DNA of 64,000 bases from NCBI RefSeq assembly GCF_016432865.1, contig NC_067401.1, positions 27,776,001 through 27,840,000 on the forward strand, written 5' to 3'. Shown piece after piece: positions 1 through 15,227 of the stretch. This DNA is from Antechinus flavipes (taxonomy: Eukaryota). The notes under the pieces were generated by a model. The model did not search any database. It was not told the DNA's origin and saw only the letters and a program-made list of their open reading frames with translations. Each line of letters starts with the position of its first letter. The first letter of the stretch is position 1. Made by a program: the position numbers and the translations under genes.

Positions 1-19
1 GCGAACCCTAGAGCATGGA

Positions 20-236
20 TGCTCAGTCATTCTCAGTCGTGCTCGCCTCTTTGTGACTCCTTTTGGGGGGCTTCTTTGGCAGAGATTCCATTTCCTTCTC
101 CAGCTCATTTTACAGATGAGGAAACTGAGGAAGGGACTTGCCCAGGGTCTCACAGCTAGTGTCTGAAGACGGATTTGAATTCGGGTCTTCCTGACTCCAG
201 ACCTAGTGCTCTATTCATTGCGCCACCTAGCTGCCC
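20..236 (-). mobile_element. Mar1-like CORE-SINE
   Basis: Reverse complement begins GGGCAGCTAGGTGGCGCAATGAATAG (tRNA-derived head, 211-236), followed by the CORE segment (tttacagatgaggaaactgagg) and an RTE/Bov-A-like tail (cagtcgtg...tctttgtgact). Confidence 0.7.
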
Positions 237-2262
237 TAGGGAGTATTGATAATAGCCTCATACGGGGGCTGCTTTTGAAAGAAACGTGGTCCAATAAAAA
301 TAAAGAGAATGGAGGCTTGGGTCCCAACCTGAGAGAGTGTGATCCCAGCACACACACCAAAAAAAATGTAGCTGAGGTTTCCTCGGTTGCACATGGAAAA
401 TAATGCACAAATAAATAGGCTTTAAAAAGAAAAGTCTTTTTTGTATAGGTGGGGGGCCACGGGTTTAGAATAGTGCATATACTGTCGGGCAGGATTGATG
501 TGTGAGTTAGTTTTGCTGAACTGTTTTTCTTTTTTTATTCTGTATTAGAAGAGAGAGTTTCTTGGGGAGAGAAAGGGAGGGGGAGGGATATGTTTTAAAG
601 TGAAGGTGATGTAAATGCAAAAGGTTTTAAAAAAAAAAGATTAAACTTTTTCCCCCAAAAAGCAAACTGCTATTTAGACATAGATCTCATAAAATCTTGA
701 AAAAATGATTATTGCTTTTTGTTTTGACATCAGTCTCTCTTTCTCCAAAACCTTCCTTATAACAAAGAAAAACATTTAAGTAGTCAGATATATAAAGTAC
801 TTAATGATGTATATTGCATTCCACATCAGTAGTTCCCATTCTTTTCCTGAGAACAGAAACTTATTGTTTCTTCAGACCAATTAAAAAAAAAAAAAACAAG
901 TTTTAGTTCAGGGAATTGAAGATCTCGGGTCTTTGAAATGTCTCCTTTTTTTTGGGGGGGGGTTGGACCATCGGCAGTGCTAATGTCGTGGATCTTTCGG
1001 GTTAAAAATAATCTTCCCTAGTACAGGTGACCCTGTCCCTTTTTCTAGACCTGGCAAAGCGGGGATTCTTGATCCGAACTCCCTTTCAGAGGACCATCTC
1101 ATGTATGACATATCCCAAAGTAGGCAGGAAGTGGGGAAGTCCTCATCTGTCCACATCATCCAGGAGTAAGGTGTTTAATTCAGTGGAACACATTTCAAAC
1201 AGAGACCTGAAGGTCTGACCGAGCTGTGGCTGTGAATTTTCAGTGACTCTGATGACTTTAGAATATTTTATTCCACGTCTTCCATATGCTTTTCCCAGCC
1301 CCAAGCTCGTTGTTCTAGGCTAGGTTATGTGATGGTGGGAAACTGATCTTGACAGCAGTTTGCCTTGCCTTTCCTTGGTCCCCTTCATTTTGAAATAGGT
1401 TCTACAGGATGAAGTCACTTTATAGAGAGTAGCATGTCCCCATATGGATTCTAAGGAGGGCAGAATGAATTTAGTGTATTAAAGCTGGAAGGGAATTTCA
1501 GTCCATTTTATAGATGAGGAGAATGAGGTCTCAATAATTGCCCCAAGTTATGCTATAGCTTTTAATAGCTCTTTGAGAAGGAACTGCTTATTGGTGCTTA
1601 CAGGCACCCCCTTTATCAGTACCACCTGCTGTTATGGGCGTTAAGGACTTTCTTGTTGCCTCCCCTTCAATGAGGAAATTCTCGTGAACACACTAGAGAG
1701 CAGTGACTTTCTGATTCTGGTTCTTTAAGTCCAGGAGAGACAATTACCTTGGAATCAGACAAGACCGATGTCAAAGACTCCCTCACGCTGGCTGTTTGCA
1801 TCATAGAACCTCAGTTTCTCTATTTGCAGAACAGAGAGAATGCTCGTATGACCTAGCTCACAGATTTGTTGCGAGGAAAGCACTTTGTAAATCCTGAAAA
1901 TTCAAATAGAAAATGAGCAGTGACTAAAAAGAAGCAGAGGGATGGAGGTCTGATTCTGCCATTTACTAGTTGTGTGACAGTGGACAAATTTATGGCTTCT
2001 TCTCTCAGGGTCCCGGGCACCTAAGAATCACAGTGGGCCACTGACCTGCACTGGTGGAGCGTGTTTTAGGCAGTTCCCTATACTGATGAAATGCCTTATT
2101 TGTGAACACCTTCATTTCACAAAGGACTGGGAAGAATCCAAGGTCACACACAAAAGGCTGAATTTGAACGCTGTTCAGGATGAATTCATCTCATGGCCTC
2201 AGATTTGGGGCTTGTATTCCCTTTGTCCCTTTCACTTGTAACTAGGTGATGTTATTCTAGGC

Positions 2263-2461
2263 CAGTGGTTCTCAAAGTCTGGTCCAGAGCATCCTGGGAA
2301 TCTCTGAAATCCTTTCAGAGTCTACAAATTCATAATTAGTTTTTATTTTTAATGTGATCAATATCTATAACTATAAACCACATAAACAAAAACTCTTGGA
2401 CAGATCCTCAATCATTTTTAATAGGATAAAGATATGGAGAACAAAAGTTTGAGGACCACTG
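2263..2461. mobile_element. hAT/Charlie-type non-autonomous DNA transposon (MER5/MER20-like MITE)
   Basis: TIRs CAGTGGTTCTCAAA (2263) and TTTGAGGACCACTG (ends 2461), 13/14 match. 8-bp TSD TTCTAGGC (2255-2262) / CTCTAGGC (2462-2469), the NTCTAGNN type typical of Charlie elements. Confidence 0.8.
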
Positions 2462-2778
2462 CTCTAGGCTGTGCATTGAAAGGGAAATGAGGCTGTCCTT
2501 TTCTCACATAGTAGGAGTTCTTGGCTCAGAGGAGCTTTCTCTCTTTGTGAACTTGAGTGTTTATTACTAATAACGATAAACATATGGTACATGTACTTGT
2601 GTTTCAAAGATACAGAATGGGGAGATTGTGGGTAGATGGGGTCTCAGTGTGCAGAAACTCAGTTGGCTGATAGGAGAGCAAGGACCGCTATCTCTTAACT
2701 ACACCGTGCCTTGGAAGGAGGAGATGAGGAATGTGCCCTCAAGCTGGCCAGCGGAGGACTGGCATCCTTAGTTCTGGA

Positions 2779-2940
2779 GGCAGCCAAGCGGCCCAGTGGA
2801 TAGAGCACCAGGCCTGAGTCAGGCAGCCCTGAGTTCAAATCCTATCTCAGACACTCAACCGTGTTTGCCTCCATCCTTATCTGTCAAATAAACTGAAGAA
2901 GGAAATGACAAGCCACTTCAGTATCTTTGACAAGAAAAGA
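2779..2940 (+). mobile_element. Mar1-like SINE
   Basis: tRNA-like head (cagtggatagagc...gagttcaaatcc) and Mar1-type tail (gaagaaggaaatgacaagccacttcagtatctttgacaagaaaa). Confidence 0.65.
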
Positions 2941-3039
2941 GCACAAAAAGTCAACAACAACAAAGGAAACAAGTTATGTTGAAGTAGTTACCAAAATACT
3001 TAAAAATAAAAGTTCACAAATTCCTGATTTAGAGAGACA

Positions 3040-3260
3040 TGAAAGCCCCCTGGGTATCTGATGGACTCATCTAAAAGAGGGATCAGCCATAATGGGGAGC
3101 GATAGGGGGAGTGGGAGTGGAGGTAACAAGTGAGCCAGATCTGGAGAACTGGAGAAGAAACTTCTTCCCAACTGGAACTGTCCAAAGGTGACCTGAGCTG
3201 CCTCAGCAAGGTCGAGCCTCCTGTCACGGAGGGCTTCAGTCAGAGGTGGGGTAACCTTGG
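3040..3260 (+). mobile_element. L3/CR1 LINE 3' fragment
   Basis: Resembles the CR1/L3 3' region as I recall it (aaacttc...ctgtccaaa...gctgcctc...ctgtcac.gagg.cttca..cagagg). Confidence 0.55.
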
Positions 3261-4494
3261 GATAACACTCTCCTCCCATCCAAGTTCACGGACTCCGGGT
3301 AAAGCTTGTCCAGCTCTGAATCCAATCATCTGACACTGGTGATGGGGGAATGTTGTAAAAGCTCTTGAATCTCCTGAAAAGTCTTCATCAAATACCCAAA
3401 CATTTTACCCCCATAGACTTGTTTTCCTTGTTTGCTTTAACTTCTTTAATAGGGAGGTACACTAGGGCATTTCACTCCCCTGCATCTGGATTAATTTCTT
3501 TTGGATTATTCACTCACTTGAAACTCCAAAACCCTGTGAATTAAGTAGAGCAGGGGTCCCCGTTCCTGATGAGTCTGAGACGCAGAGTTGTGACAGATCT
3601 GTCTAAACGCACAGAGTCCGGACCAGAAGCCGGGTGTCTTGTTATTCACTCAGTTACCTCTGAAGACCTTTGTCCCAGAGCTGTAATTCTGCGTGATGGC
3701 AAATAATGGAGCTCAGAGAGCTTCCCCTTAAAGACCAGACCCGGCTTTCCCACTAGGCTTTCGGGGACTTTCTTGTGTTTTCAAAGGGGGTAGTTATTGT
3801 AATTGTGGAATTGCTCCATGGAAGCTAAAGATGAGCCATTTACCAGCCACACCTCGTCAGGCATTGCACGAGCAAAGCCGGGTGATTGATTCATATTACA
3901 GCTACTCCATTCATCGCAGGCTTGATTACAGTTCCCATTGTTTGCTCACGGTGTAATTAAGGAACAGGAAGTCTGGGGACCAGCTCAGGAGGAAGACTGC
4001 ACCAAGGGCCGCCTCTCTCCCAGGATACACAGGCTGGATTTTATTATTACACATTTAGATACAATTTTTGTATGTGGAATGGTTAGTCATTAACTAGTAC
4101 CGGGGCCGCCATCACCCGCTCCTGCTCTGTCCCAGGGCTTTAGTAAAGGATCCTTCGGAAAGGATCCTGTCCACAATGTCCTAGGGCAAGCAGCTCGTAA
4201 ATTCATACCAGCCCCTCTCTGGAAAAACCGCCATAACTTGGTTATTTTCACACTGGTGACATAGGGGGGGACCCGAGCTAGAGTAGCAGGGAGAATTATC
4301 ACCCAAGTCACTGAGTCACTGGTTACAGCTTCACTAGGGCAGGGATTCTAAGTTCTAATCAGATGGATGTCTCAGAGTCGGGGAACTGAGCTATGTATGT
4401 GGAGGCTTGGGGTTCTCAGACTGCAGATTCCAGCTTGGGAGTAATGGCACATTAGCCCCGCTGGAGTTAGATTGCAAATAGGAGTTTTGGTCTA

Positions 4495-4715
4495 ATCCCC
4501 ACATCAGTTTCTATTTCTGCCTTTCTGTCCTTGATTTTGAGGGGTTTTTGCCCTAATACATGGTTGATTTTTGTGTAAGTTCCATGTACCACTGAGAAAA
4601 AAGCACACTCCTTTCTGTCCTATTCAGTTTTCTCCAAAGGTCTATGATACCTAACTTTTCTAAAATGCAATTTACCTCCTTAACTTCTTTCTTGTTTTCC
4701 CACATCACTTTCTTA
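4495..4715 (-). mobile_element. L1 ORF2 endonuclease-domain fragment (degenerate)
   Basis: Minus-strand translation gives ILEKLGIIDLWRKLN, then a frameshift into FSxVHGTYTKI-like sequence, an L1 endonuclease motif. Confidence 0.7.
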
Positions 4716-5097
4716 GAAGGGAGTGTTGGTGACTTTGCGGGATGGGTAACTTGTGTGTACCACAAAAGGCCAGTGTAGTCCATGACAAGGGACTGGCTGA
4801 ATGAGACAGAAGTGAAACATTGGACGGCGTCGTTGAAGAAGTGAAGGATGTTGAATAGGTTTTTGCCTTCTGTCTGGCTCCCTCACTCTATAGCCACAGC
4901 ACATGGTTCAACAACTTCCTTGTGCCTTTTCCCTTTGCTGTTTCTTTAGAGGCGTCCCCTTGCTGGCGAGCATTCGGAGCCCTAACCGCTGTGTAAGGAG
5001 CGAGGGGTCAGTCCCGCACCCCAGTCAGGAATGGGCAGATCCCTGGCTTTCAGGCTCCCAGAATTGGCTTTTAGAATGTTCATGTGCTTCCCTCTAG

Positions 5098-7479
<2,382 letters not shown>

Positions 7480-8910
7480 TGGCACCCGTGACCCAGAGTG
7501 AGCAGAGAAAGGCGTCTCCCCCTGGCCCCCCGGCTGCCTCCTCCGCACCCCACAGAACCGTTCGGGCCCTGGATGGGCTCTGTCTTGTGGGAGTCAATAA
7601 GGAGCAGAGGGGTTGGGTTTTATAAGGAACAATCACGTTCTCTCTCCATTCTGCTTTTTTTTTTTTAACAGAAGCATTCGCACAACTACAAATCGTGTTG
7701 TGGCTTATGAGGAACTGAGGGGTCTGGCTTATGACCCCCAAGGCCCGGAGGGATTTTGTGGCGGGGTCTAAACCCGAGCTGTGCCACAGAAGTCCTGGGG
7801 GAAGAGACCCGGTGACGAGCTAGCCTCTGCCGGGTTGTTTGTGTGCTGGCTTTACAGCCTGCCTTTCACACATCCTTCTGCTCACCTCCTTTGATCAAGG
7901 AACAGCCAATTCTGGGCCGACAGGACCAAAGCAAAAATTTTGCTGACTTAGCTGTGTACGTTGTGGGAATAAGGGGCCAGAAGACGTGGGGCTACATTTT
8001 ACTTTTTTCTTTCCTAGGCTGACATTGCAAGTCTCAGATGCCCCATTTCCCTTCACTCTTACCCTGGTGCCAGTGTTTTAACACTCACTTCCACCTCCCC
8101 TGGGCTGGGATGGAGGGGGAATTCTACCCGAGGAGCCAGCAATTTTTATAGGATTGCCAGTTGTGTCTGTTTCAACTTTGCAAGCCAAGTTAGAGAAATC
8201 AGGACCAACTGGCAAACCATATTCTCCGACTGCTCCCTTGCACCCAGTCTGTTCTGTCCGTATGCATAGGGATGCCTGACATCTAGTAAAACAGGATTTT
8301 AACCTCTTCCCAGCCTATGGCTTACATACTTCCCTAGATGAGACTCCAGTGGCCTTAAAAAAAATTCATGTCTGGACTACTGAGTGTTTTTTCCTATGTT
8401 CCTTATAACTTAGTGTTCTAACCAGGAGTCCTTGACAGCTTAACTACCTTCAAAAGGAGTCTAATACAAATATCCAAGCCAAAAGGATCACTGGGTACCT
8501 CCCCGCCCCTCCTTACAGCTAACTACCCTTGTCACCAGCCCCCTTTCAAGAGGGAAATCCAAGTGCCAACTCTTAAAACATTCCTCAGAAAAATAGGATG
8601 TTTTAGTAATTATGCTATGGTAAAGTATTTTTTATGCTAGTACTTTTAAAAATAAGGCAACCTTCCCCCATCAGTTGTGATTCCATTGTCTTTAAAAGTG
8701 GTAGCTGACTTAACAGCAAGGACTCGTTTCAGACTCTTGCTGTCTCAGTCTGATGGGTGCTGTTTGTTTTTCTGAACCTCTAAAATGCTATACAAGTTGT
8801 AGGCTTGTTTTGGTGTTGTTTACTGATAATTTAACTGAAAGAAAAAATTCCCTCAAGGAGATTACATTGTATTAATGTTTTTCCTATTTACTCTCATTGT
8901 GAAAGACATC

Positions 8911-8916
8911 AATAAA
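8911..8916 (+). terminator. probable TLCD3A polyadenylation signal
   Basis: AATAAA about 1.4 kb after the stop, followed by a U-rich tract. Confidence 0.55.
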
Positions 8917-9474
8917 TTTCTTTTTAAAACCATTTGATGGAAGGGGTGACGATTGTCTCTGCTCCTATTTTGACTCGGGGAGAACATACCTCCTGAATAT
9001 TTTCAGTCCAAGAGGGATTTCCTGTAGCCCGAGCCAATGTGGTTTTAGGGGACACCAGAGGAGGATCCTAGCTGTCCCATTTCTCTTCAGTCCAATCTCA
9101 GTGAGGAAATTAGCCAGGAAGCTCCAACCAAATGACAGCCAAACTCTGGATTTCCAAAGGACAGGCCCAATGAGACTTCACTTTTATTGCTGCTGCCCCA
9201 TACAACAAGAGCATCTGACTCTTACCAGCACTCACTTTACACTTAAAACAGTTTCTCCCATCTCCCTTCCCTCATAACCTGTGAGTCGATCCATTTGCCC
9301 ACTTGTTGGGCAATGGATCAGGAGGTCTAGTCTTAGACAAAGAGCATCCTTTCCAGCATGACTTGAGGCTACCACAAGTCCAGTGAGGATAATTTTAGAG
9401 GATGTTGGAGCCTAAGAGTGGTGATCTGGGACCAATTATAAAAGGATGGGAAAAGTTCAAAAGAAAATGTAAAT

Positions 9475-9480
9475 TTTATT
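9475..9480 (-). terminator. candidate GEMIN4 polyadenylation signal (alternative at 9183-9188)
   Basis: AATAAA on the minus strand about 170 nt after the stop. Confidence 0.45.
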
Positions 9481-9650
9481 ATAACTATTACAAATGCCCA
9501 AGAAAGTATTTTCTTCTTCTTTACATACTGTACCCCTGGTATATCTTGCCTCTCCTATCTCCTATGATTGTGAAAGGAAGTTTTTGCATCCCGTCTAGCC
9601 CTGGCTCTGCCTCATTTCCATGGAAGACCTGCGTTTCCTGGTGTGGGTCA

Positions 9651-12600
9651 TCAAAAGTTGTTGATCTTCTGCAGCAAAGTTTTCCGCTGTTCCCTCGGGC
9701 CAACGTTTTCAGCGATGGATTTGAGGAAGTGCTGCTCGTTTGCCTTCCGGAGCAGGGCGTTTGTGGAGGTGTCACTTTTGCTCAGGACATCATAGTAAGA
9801 GAGGATCTCCAGGGCTAGAACGTAGAGGGGCTCACAGACCTCCTCAGGAAGCATGGCCATGATGTGGAGGATGTGACAGAAAAGCTGAGTGTAAACAAAC
9901 AAGGTTTCTTGCGTCAAGTCTTTCTCCTGTCCTTGGGCCCATGGGCACAGGGACTGGACCTTGACGGAGTCAAGTAGGTCGGTCAGGCTGCTGCAGATGA
10001 GTTTGACCACATGGCTCCAGCCTTCTGTAGGAAGCCAGTTGGAACAGCTAGGGCTGCAAAGGAACTGGAAACCTCTCAAGAAGAGCACAGAGAGCTGTAG
10101 CTCTTGGGCAAAAGGTTTCAAGTTGAGCAATGGAACAAACTGGACGTACTCGAGACTGTACGGGACGTGCAACAGTTGTTTTTGCAACAGACTCTTGGTC
10201 AGCTGGTGCAGGCATTTCCACTCGTTGGGGCTACACCAAGGCAAGACTTGCACCAAGGCCACCAGGAAGCCCTTGCTGAAGAAGCTGACCTCCTCGGGGT
10301 TGTTTGTATCCACTGCCAGGAGGGAGAGCATGTGCTCACAAGTGTCAGCGGAGATGCAGCAGCACTCCATCCAGGCCAGAAGGCCCGTGCCGGGCCCGTA
10401 GGCGGGGTGATTCTGGGAGGTCCAGTCATCCTCAGAAAGCTTGCAGATCTCAAAGAGCGTGGCCGGCACCTCACACTTAAAATGACCCTTAAAGACAGTC
10501 CGCAGCCGCAAGCCCACGATCCAGTCCAGCTGCTCCGTTTTCCGGTGGAGCCAGGACAAGGACTTGGTCCAGTTCTCCGGACTGGGGTTCTCCTCCTTGG
10601 GCAGCACCACCTCCGAGAGCTGCTCCAGGATGCTGATCACCATATCTTTGGACTCCAGCGAGAGGTGCCGCTTTGCCTTGGGGTGCTGCCAGTATTTGGT
10701 GTAGCTGTCGAGCAGCTGGCACAGGGTGAAGAGGAGAGGGAACGGGGAGCAGGAGAGCAGCCAGGAGCCGTCCGAGCACGGCTTTGCTTCCAGAGCCTGA
10801 ACAAAGATCTTGAGACAAAGGTCCACCTCCTCCACATGCAGCATCAAGTAAGGAAGGACAAACACTTTAATCACTTCCTCCGGCGCCAGAAGAGGGGTCA
10901 AGGGGATGGTGCTAGTCTCCTGCTCTGGGGGGTTCATCAGGTAGCCCAGGAACTCCAAAAACTGCTTCTCCTCCTTGGCCGACGAAAGCTTCCCCCAGAC
11001 GGTTTCTTTGAGGCACGCCGCCAGCAGAGAGGGGCCTGAGCTTGGCTCCTGCTGTCCCTCGGGGAACTGGAGGGCGGGGAAAGCACTGAGGATCTGAGCC
11101 AGGAACCTGTGGGCCCCGAGGTTGACCATGGCGAGGCTGCACATCTTTTTCACCGTGGCTTCCGGGTGCAGCACTATCAGCCTGGACACGGACGTGATGG
11201 CTTTGGCGAGGCCCTGCTCGGAGGCACTCTGGGTGATCTGGTTGAAAGCCATGTTCAGATCCTCCTGGAAGCCCTCCATGTAGGTGGCCAGCTTCTCCGA
11301 GAGGCCCTTCCATCCCCAGGAGCTCAGGATGCCCGAGAGCACTTTGTTTTTATCCAGCAAAGAGAGGTCAGAGTAACAGTCCAGGATCAAGTTGGTGACT
11401 TCCTCCGCCTTGGTCGGCGAGATCTCTCGGCCCGACGTGTCGATCGTCGTGACCGTCTCCAGCAGCTTCAGGACTAAGCCCGGCTCCCGGAAGAGGGCCT
11501 TGTTGTTCACCAGGCAGTCCAGCCACTCGGCCGAGAAAGCCCACTTCTTCTCAGAGGCGAAGATGTAGCACATCTCCATGTGCCGGTCCATCTTCTGCCC
11601 GATGATGGCCATGGCGATCGAGGCGGTGATGTCCTCCGAGCTCTTGTCTTTCAGGGTCGTGTTGGTCTTCCTCAGGAAGTTCTTCACGCACTCGGCCAGC
11701 TCCGAGACGAGCTGTCCCTCGTCCTTCGAGAGATCCTTGGTGTCCTGGTATCCCTTCAGGTTCTGGTTGAGGGAAGTCAGGCTGTCGCAGAGGCGGTAGC
11801 TGCCGTAGCTCAGCCTCTGGCTGCTGTTGAGGGTGGCCTGCAGCTCCTCCCCCCACTGCTGCAGCAGGCTGTGCAGGTAGCCGAAGCCCACAAAGAGCGT
11901 CTCGTTGGGCAGCTTGGCCAGCGAGGTCAGGCTCACGTCCCGCTCGGCCTCCTTCACCTTCTCGGCCAGGCCCTGCTGGTGGTAAGGGTTCTGGGCGTCA
12001 GAATTCCACAGGGAGATGACAGTTGCAAGCTTGTCCAAGTACATGGTGATGGACAGCTCCTGCGGGTCTTCCTCTACCAGGGCGAAGACAGTCAGCATGT
12101 CGGCCAGGTTAGCCACGGCGCAGCACTTCAGGCTGGGGGCCGTGATGTTGTTCTGGATCTGCTTGAGGCCGTCCAGCAGCACCTCCAACAAAGACATGAT
12201 GGGGCAGGCGTCCGGGTCAGCCTTGAACCTCTTGGGCGGATGGGAGAATTCGTCTGAAGATGACAGGTACTTGTGCGCCATTGTCCGAAACTGGGTGAGC
12301 AGGGGGTCCTTTGGGTCAACTTTGTGCTTCATCATTTCCCACCAGACGTCCAAGAAGAAGGTGACGTCTTCTAGGGAGGTGTCGCTGGCCACGTGCTCCA
12401 CAAAGCGTTCCAGTTCTGAACGGCAGATGTTGGAAGGCAAGGCCATCAAGAGCTGGATGAACAGCCCCGAGGCCTCGAGGGACTTGAGCAACTCAAAAAG
12501 GATGGTGTGGTTGATGGTGGGGATCATGTTCCCCACCGAAAAGAAGATGTCTTCTTGCCACCGAGCATCTGTGTCTGAAGGTGTGATGGGGCAGGGTTGG

Positions 12601-14737
12601 AGGACCTTGGCCCAGATGATGATCAAAGCTTTCTTGGTCCAAGCCTGGGGGTGGGACTGGGCAATCGCAGAGGAGATCTCTCGCAAGGCTTCAATGATGG
12701 GCCGTCCAACTTGCTCCCAGTCGGACTTCTTGAGTTCTGCCAGAGCCTTCGGGCTGAACAGCTGCTCGGCCAGCAGGAATCCCCCATGAAGAATGGTTGT
12801 TTCTTCACAGATATTCAAGGGTCCTGGAAGAAAGGAAAACAGGCAGGATGAACAGAGACAATAAACACAAAGGCTTCCTGGAAAAGGACCCTTTCTTCTT
12901 AAGGAAATGGCCACCTAAAATAGGTTTCATATGCAAAGGGCATCCTCCTGTGCACTGACTTGGCACCTCCTGCTTTGCCCCTTGGCCACCTGGAAACAAT
13001 TACAGAACTAAGGTCAGCTGGATGCACCAGTTCTTTGTTCTTTCAGCTATGCGTGTGCACAAGTCTGTTTGTGTATGGATGGATGTGTACATATGTATTA
13101 TGTGTGTGTATATGTATGTAATCCCGTACACCCCCCCACACACACACCACACACATACAACCACACACACACACACACACATACAACCACACACACCACA
13201 CACACACACACCACCACACACCCCTAACAAGCTTTCAAAAAGGCTCAGGTTTCAAGGAATAATTTCTTTTCTATCAAGAAAAGCAAGCTAACTCTTAAAT
13301 CTGGCCAGACTGGGAGGGCCGAGGGCTCAGTCTGAAACGCTTTTTCATGGACTGGAGATGAAGAGGAGACACTTTTTATAAAGAACCTGTGTGAGATTAC
13401 ATGGTGGAAGCCAAAACCTTTTCCTCTGGTGATTTCAGGCACAAGGGTCCCATGGACTCCACTCCATCGCCTTCTCTCTGGTCGCCCCCTCTGCCCCAGC
13501 CATTTTACTTTGCACAAACTCCTATATGGCCTTGGTGTTCTCCCCATTAGAACTCGAGCCCCTCCTGCCAGGGACTGCTTCATTTACTCTGTATAACCCG
13601 GCACTCGGGGGCACGGGCTTTCAAACAGAGCTTCGGTGCCTGATTCCCCCAGGAGCGGGAGGGGTTCCTCCTCTTTAAAGCCAAACTTGACCTGGATGGG
13701 GTCTCCTCCCTCCCCCCCCCCCCCCAGCTTCGTGCCATTTTAACCCCTCTTTGCTCCCAGAGCATTTCAGACCCTTCTGTGGGTATTTCTCTACTGAAAA
13801 CGGGCCTGGCCTCCAAACCAACTCATCTGGGATGACCCCAGGGCTCCTTCCTGCAGCCCCACCGTCTCCTCCTATGGAGCTGAGGCCGGAAAAGTGACTC
13901 GACCCCGATCACCCACCTAGTAAGTGGCAGCGGGGGGCGGGTCAGCGCCACTGCAAGGCCAGAGTTCTGGGATGTTTTTCCCGTGGTTCTCCCTTTCTCT
14001 CTACGGGCCTAATTCTGAGAATTCTCCTCCCAGGCAGAGGATCCCCTTCAGCAAGCCTTGGTTCCCAGGGCGGCCCCCGGCTTTCTAAGTGACATTCGGA
14101 GCTGCCGGAAAGAACTTCGGGGACCTCGGTGGGGGCAGATGTGACTATGGGGGCGGAGGTGGGGCTCCAGGGGACTCAGGGCTGGGTTTCAATGCTGACC
14201 CTGTGTGTGACCCTGGCCCCCGGGGATCATGCGGCCAGCTCTCGGGGGCGCCCGCTGCGGGGGGTGTGGGTGCACACGGGCAGGGGTGGAACATTCTGGC
14301 CGGCTAACCCTCTACATTCCCGGGAGTCAGGCGGCGGTGCGGCCCCGTGGGGGCTCAAGCGCGTGGTATTTTTTGGGGGGCAGCGTGTTTTTTTTAAATG
14401 TTACAGGAGCGGGGGGAGGGGAAGGAGGTCGCCGGCCTAGCCCCGTTCCCGCCCGGGGCTCCGGGAGCCCAGCACGTGGTGGGGGCTAGGCTGAGCCCTT
14501 GGCTCGCTCCTCTGAGGGGCGCCATTCCCTCCCCGCGGGGGCCTTCCTGGTTCGGCCGCGGTGCTCCCGCCGGGTATCCCGCCCAAAGGCCGGAGACCGG
14601 GGCCGGCGGCGGAGGCGGGAGCGCCGCGGAGTTCAGCGCGCATGCTCGCCCGTGCCCGCGCCCCGAAGGAGCGCGGCGGGAGGGGGGCCGCCCAGCGGGG
14701 CGCCCCAATCCCGCCCGGCTCGCTCACCTAGGTCCAT
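9651..14737 (-). CDS. GEMIN4: Gem-associated protein 4 (SMN complex), 1060 aa; coding exons 14737-14728 and 12823-9651
   Basis: 10-nt first coding exon ATGGACCTAG|gtgag (MDLG), acceptor ttccag|GACCC at 12823, then a 3173-nt exon. Sequence [26 protein letters not shown]...[18 protein letters not shown] matches GEMIN4, as does the two-exon structure. Confidence 0.97.
13128..13223. repeat. imperfect (CA)n microsatellite
   Basis: Interrupted CA/CAC run in the GEMIN4 intron. Confidence 0.9.
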
Positions 14738-15045
14738 GGCGATGGCGGCGGCTCCGGTCCCCGGCGGCAGCGCTGCCCTGCGGGGCTGGCCGCTCCCCGC
14801 CCCCACCGCGGGCCCGCGCCGCGCCCGCCCGAGGCCCGCTCCCGAGGATTGTGGCGCGGGTGCCAGCGCACAATGGGGAGCGCCGCTAACCCCTGCGCGC
14901 GGCCGCTCGGCCCGCAGTCCCAGCTCCGCCTCCGGCCTTCTCGGCTGCGGCCGTGTCCGCTCCTCCAAACCCTCCTCGTTTTTCCCTTTTCTCTTGTAGC
15001 GAGTGCCTGAACCGACCAACGAGACCCAGTGCGGCCTAGAGGGGC

Positions 15046-15130
15046 TTCCCTCCCCCTTCCCCTTCCCCCTCCCCTTCCCTTCCCCTTCCCCTTTCCCTCC
15101 CCTTCCCTTCCCCTTCCCTTCCCCCTCCCC
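15046..15130. repeat. (CCCTTC)n polypyrimidine tract (H-DNA/G4-prone)
   Basis: About 85 nt of only C and T. Confidence 0.9.
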
Positions 15131-15227
15131 GCCCCGACAGCGCCCCCTACCGGCCCGGATCATCAACCAAGGAGTCTTCGAGTAAGTAGCGGCTAACGGG
15201 CGGCCAGGCGTGCGCTCGTGCGCACAT

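Noticed and set aside
2779-2850. tRNA-like A/B boxes (also 34861-34930 and 211-236)
   Set aside because: SINE heads; no cloverleaf or anticodon arm, and they continue into CORE sequence.
3000-3333. Protein-like short ORFs
   Set aside because: The segment matches a decayed L3/CR1 3' end.
9961-12789. Long plus-strand ORFs (e.g. 10104-11039, 311 aa; 12016-12789, 257 aa)
   Set aside because: Antisense shadows of the GC3-rich GEMIN4 exon; no recognisable protein features.
12824-12914. N-terminal extension MAISLRRKG... of the 1087-aa GEMIN4 ORF
   Set aside because: Intronic read-through; the real start is the MDLG micro-exon at 14737-14728 spliced to 12823.
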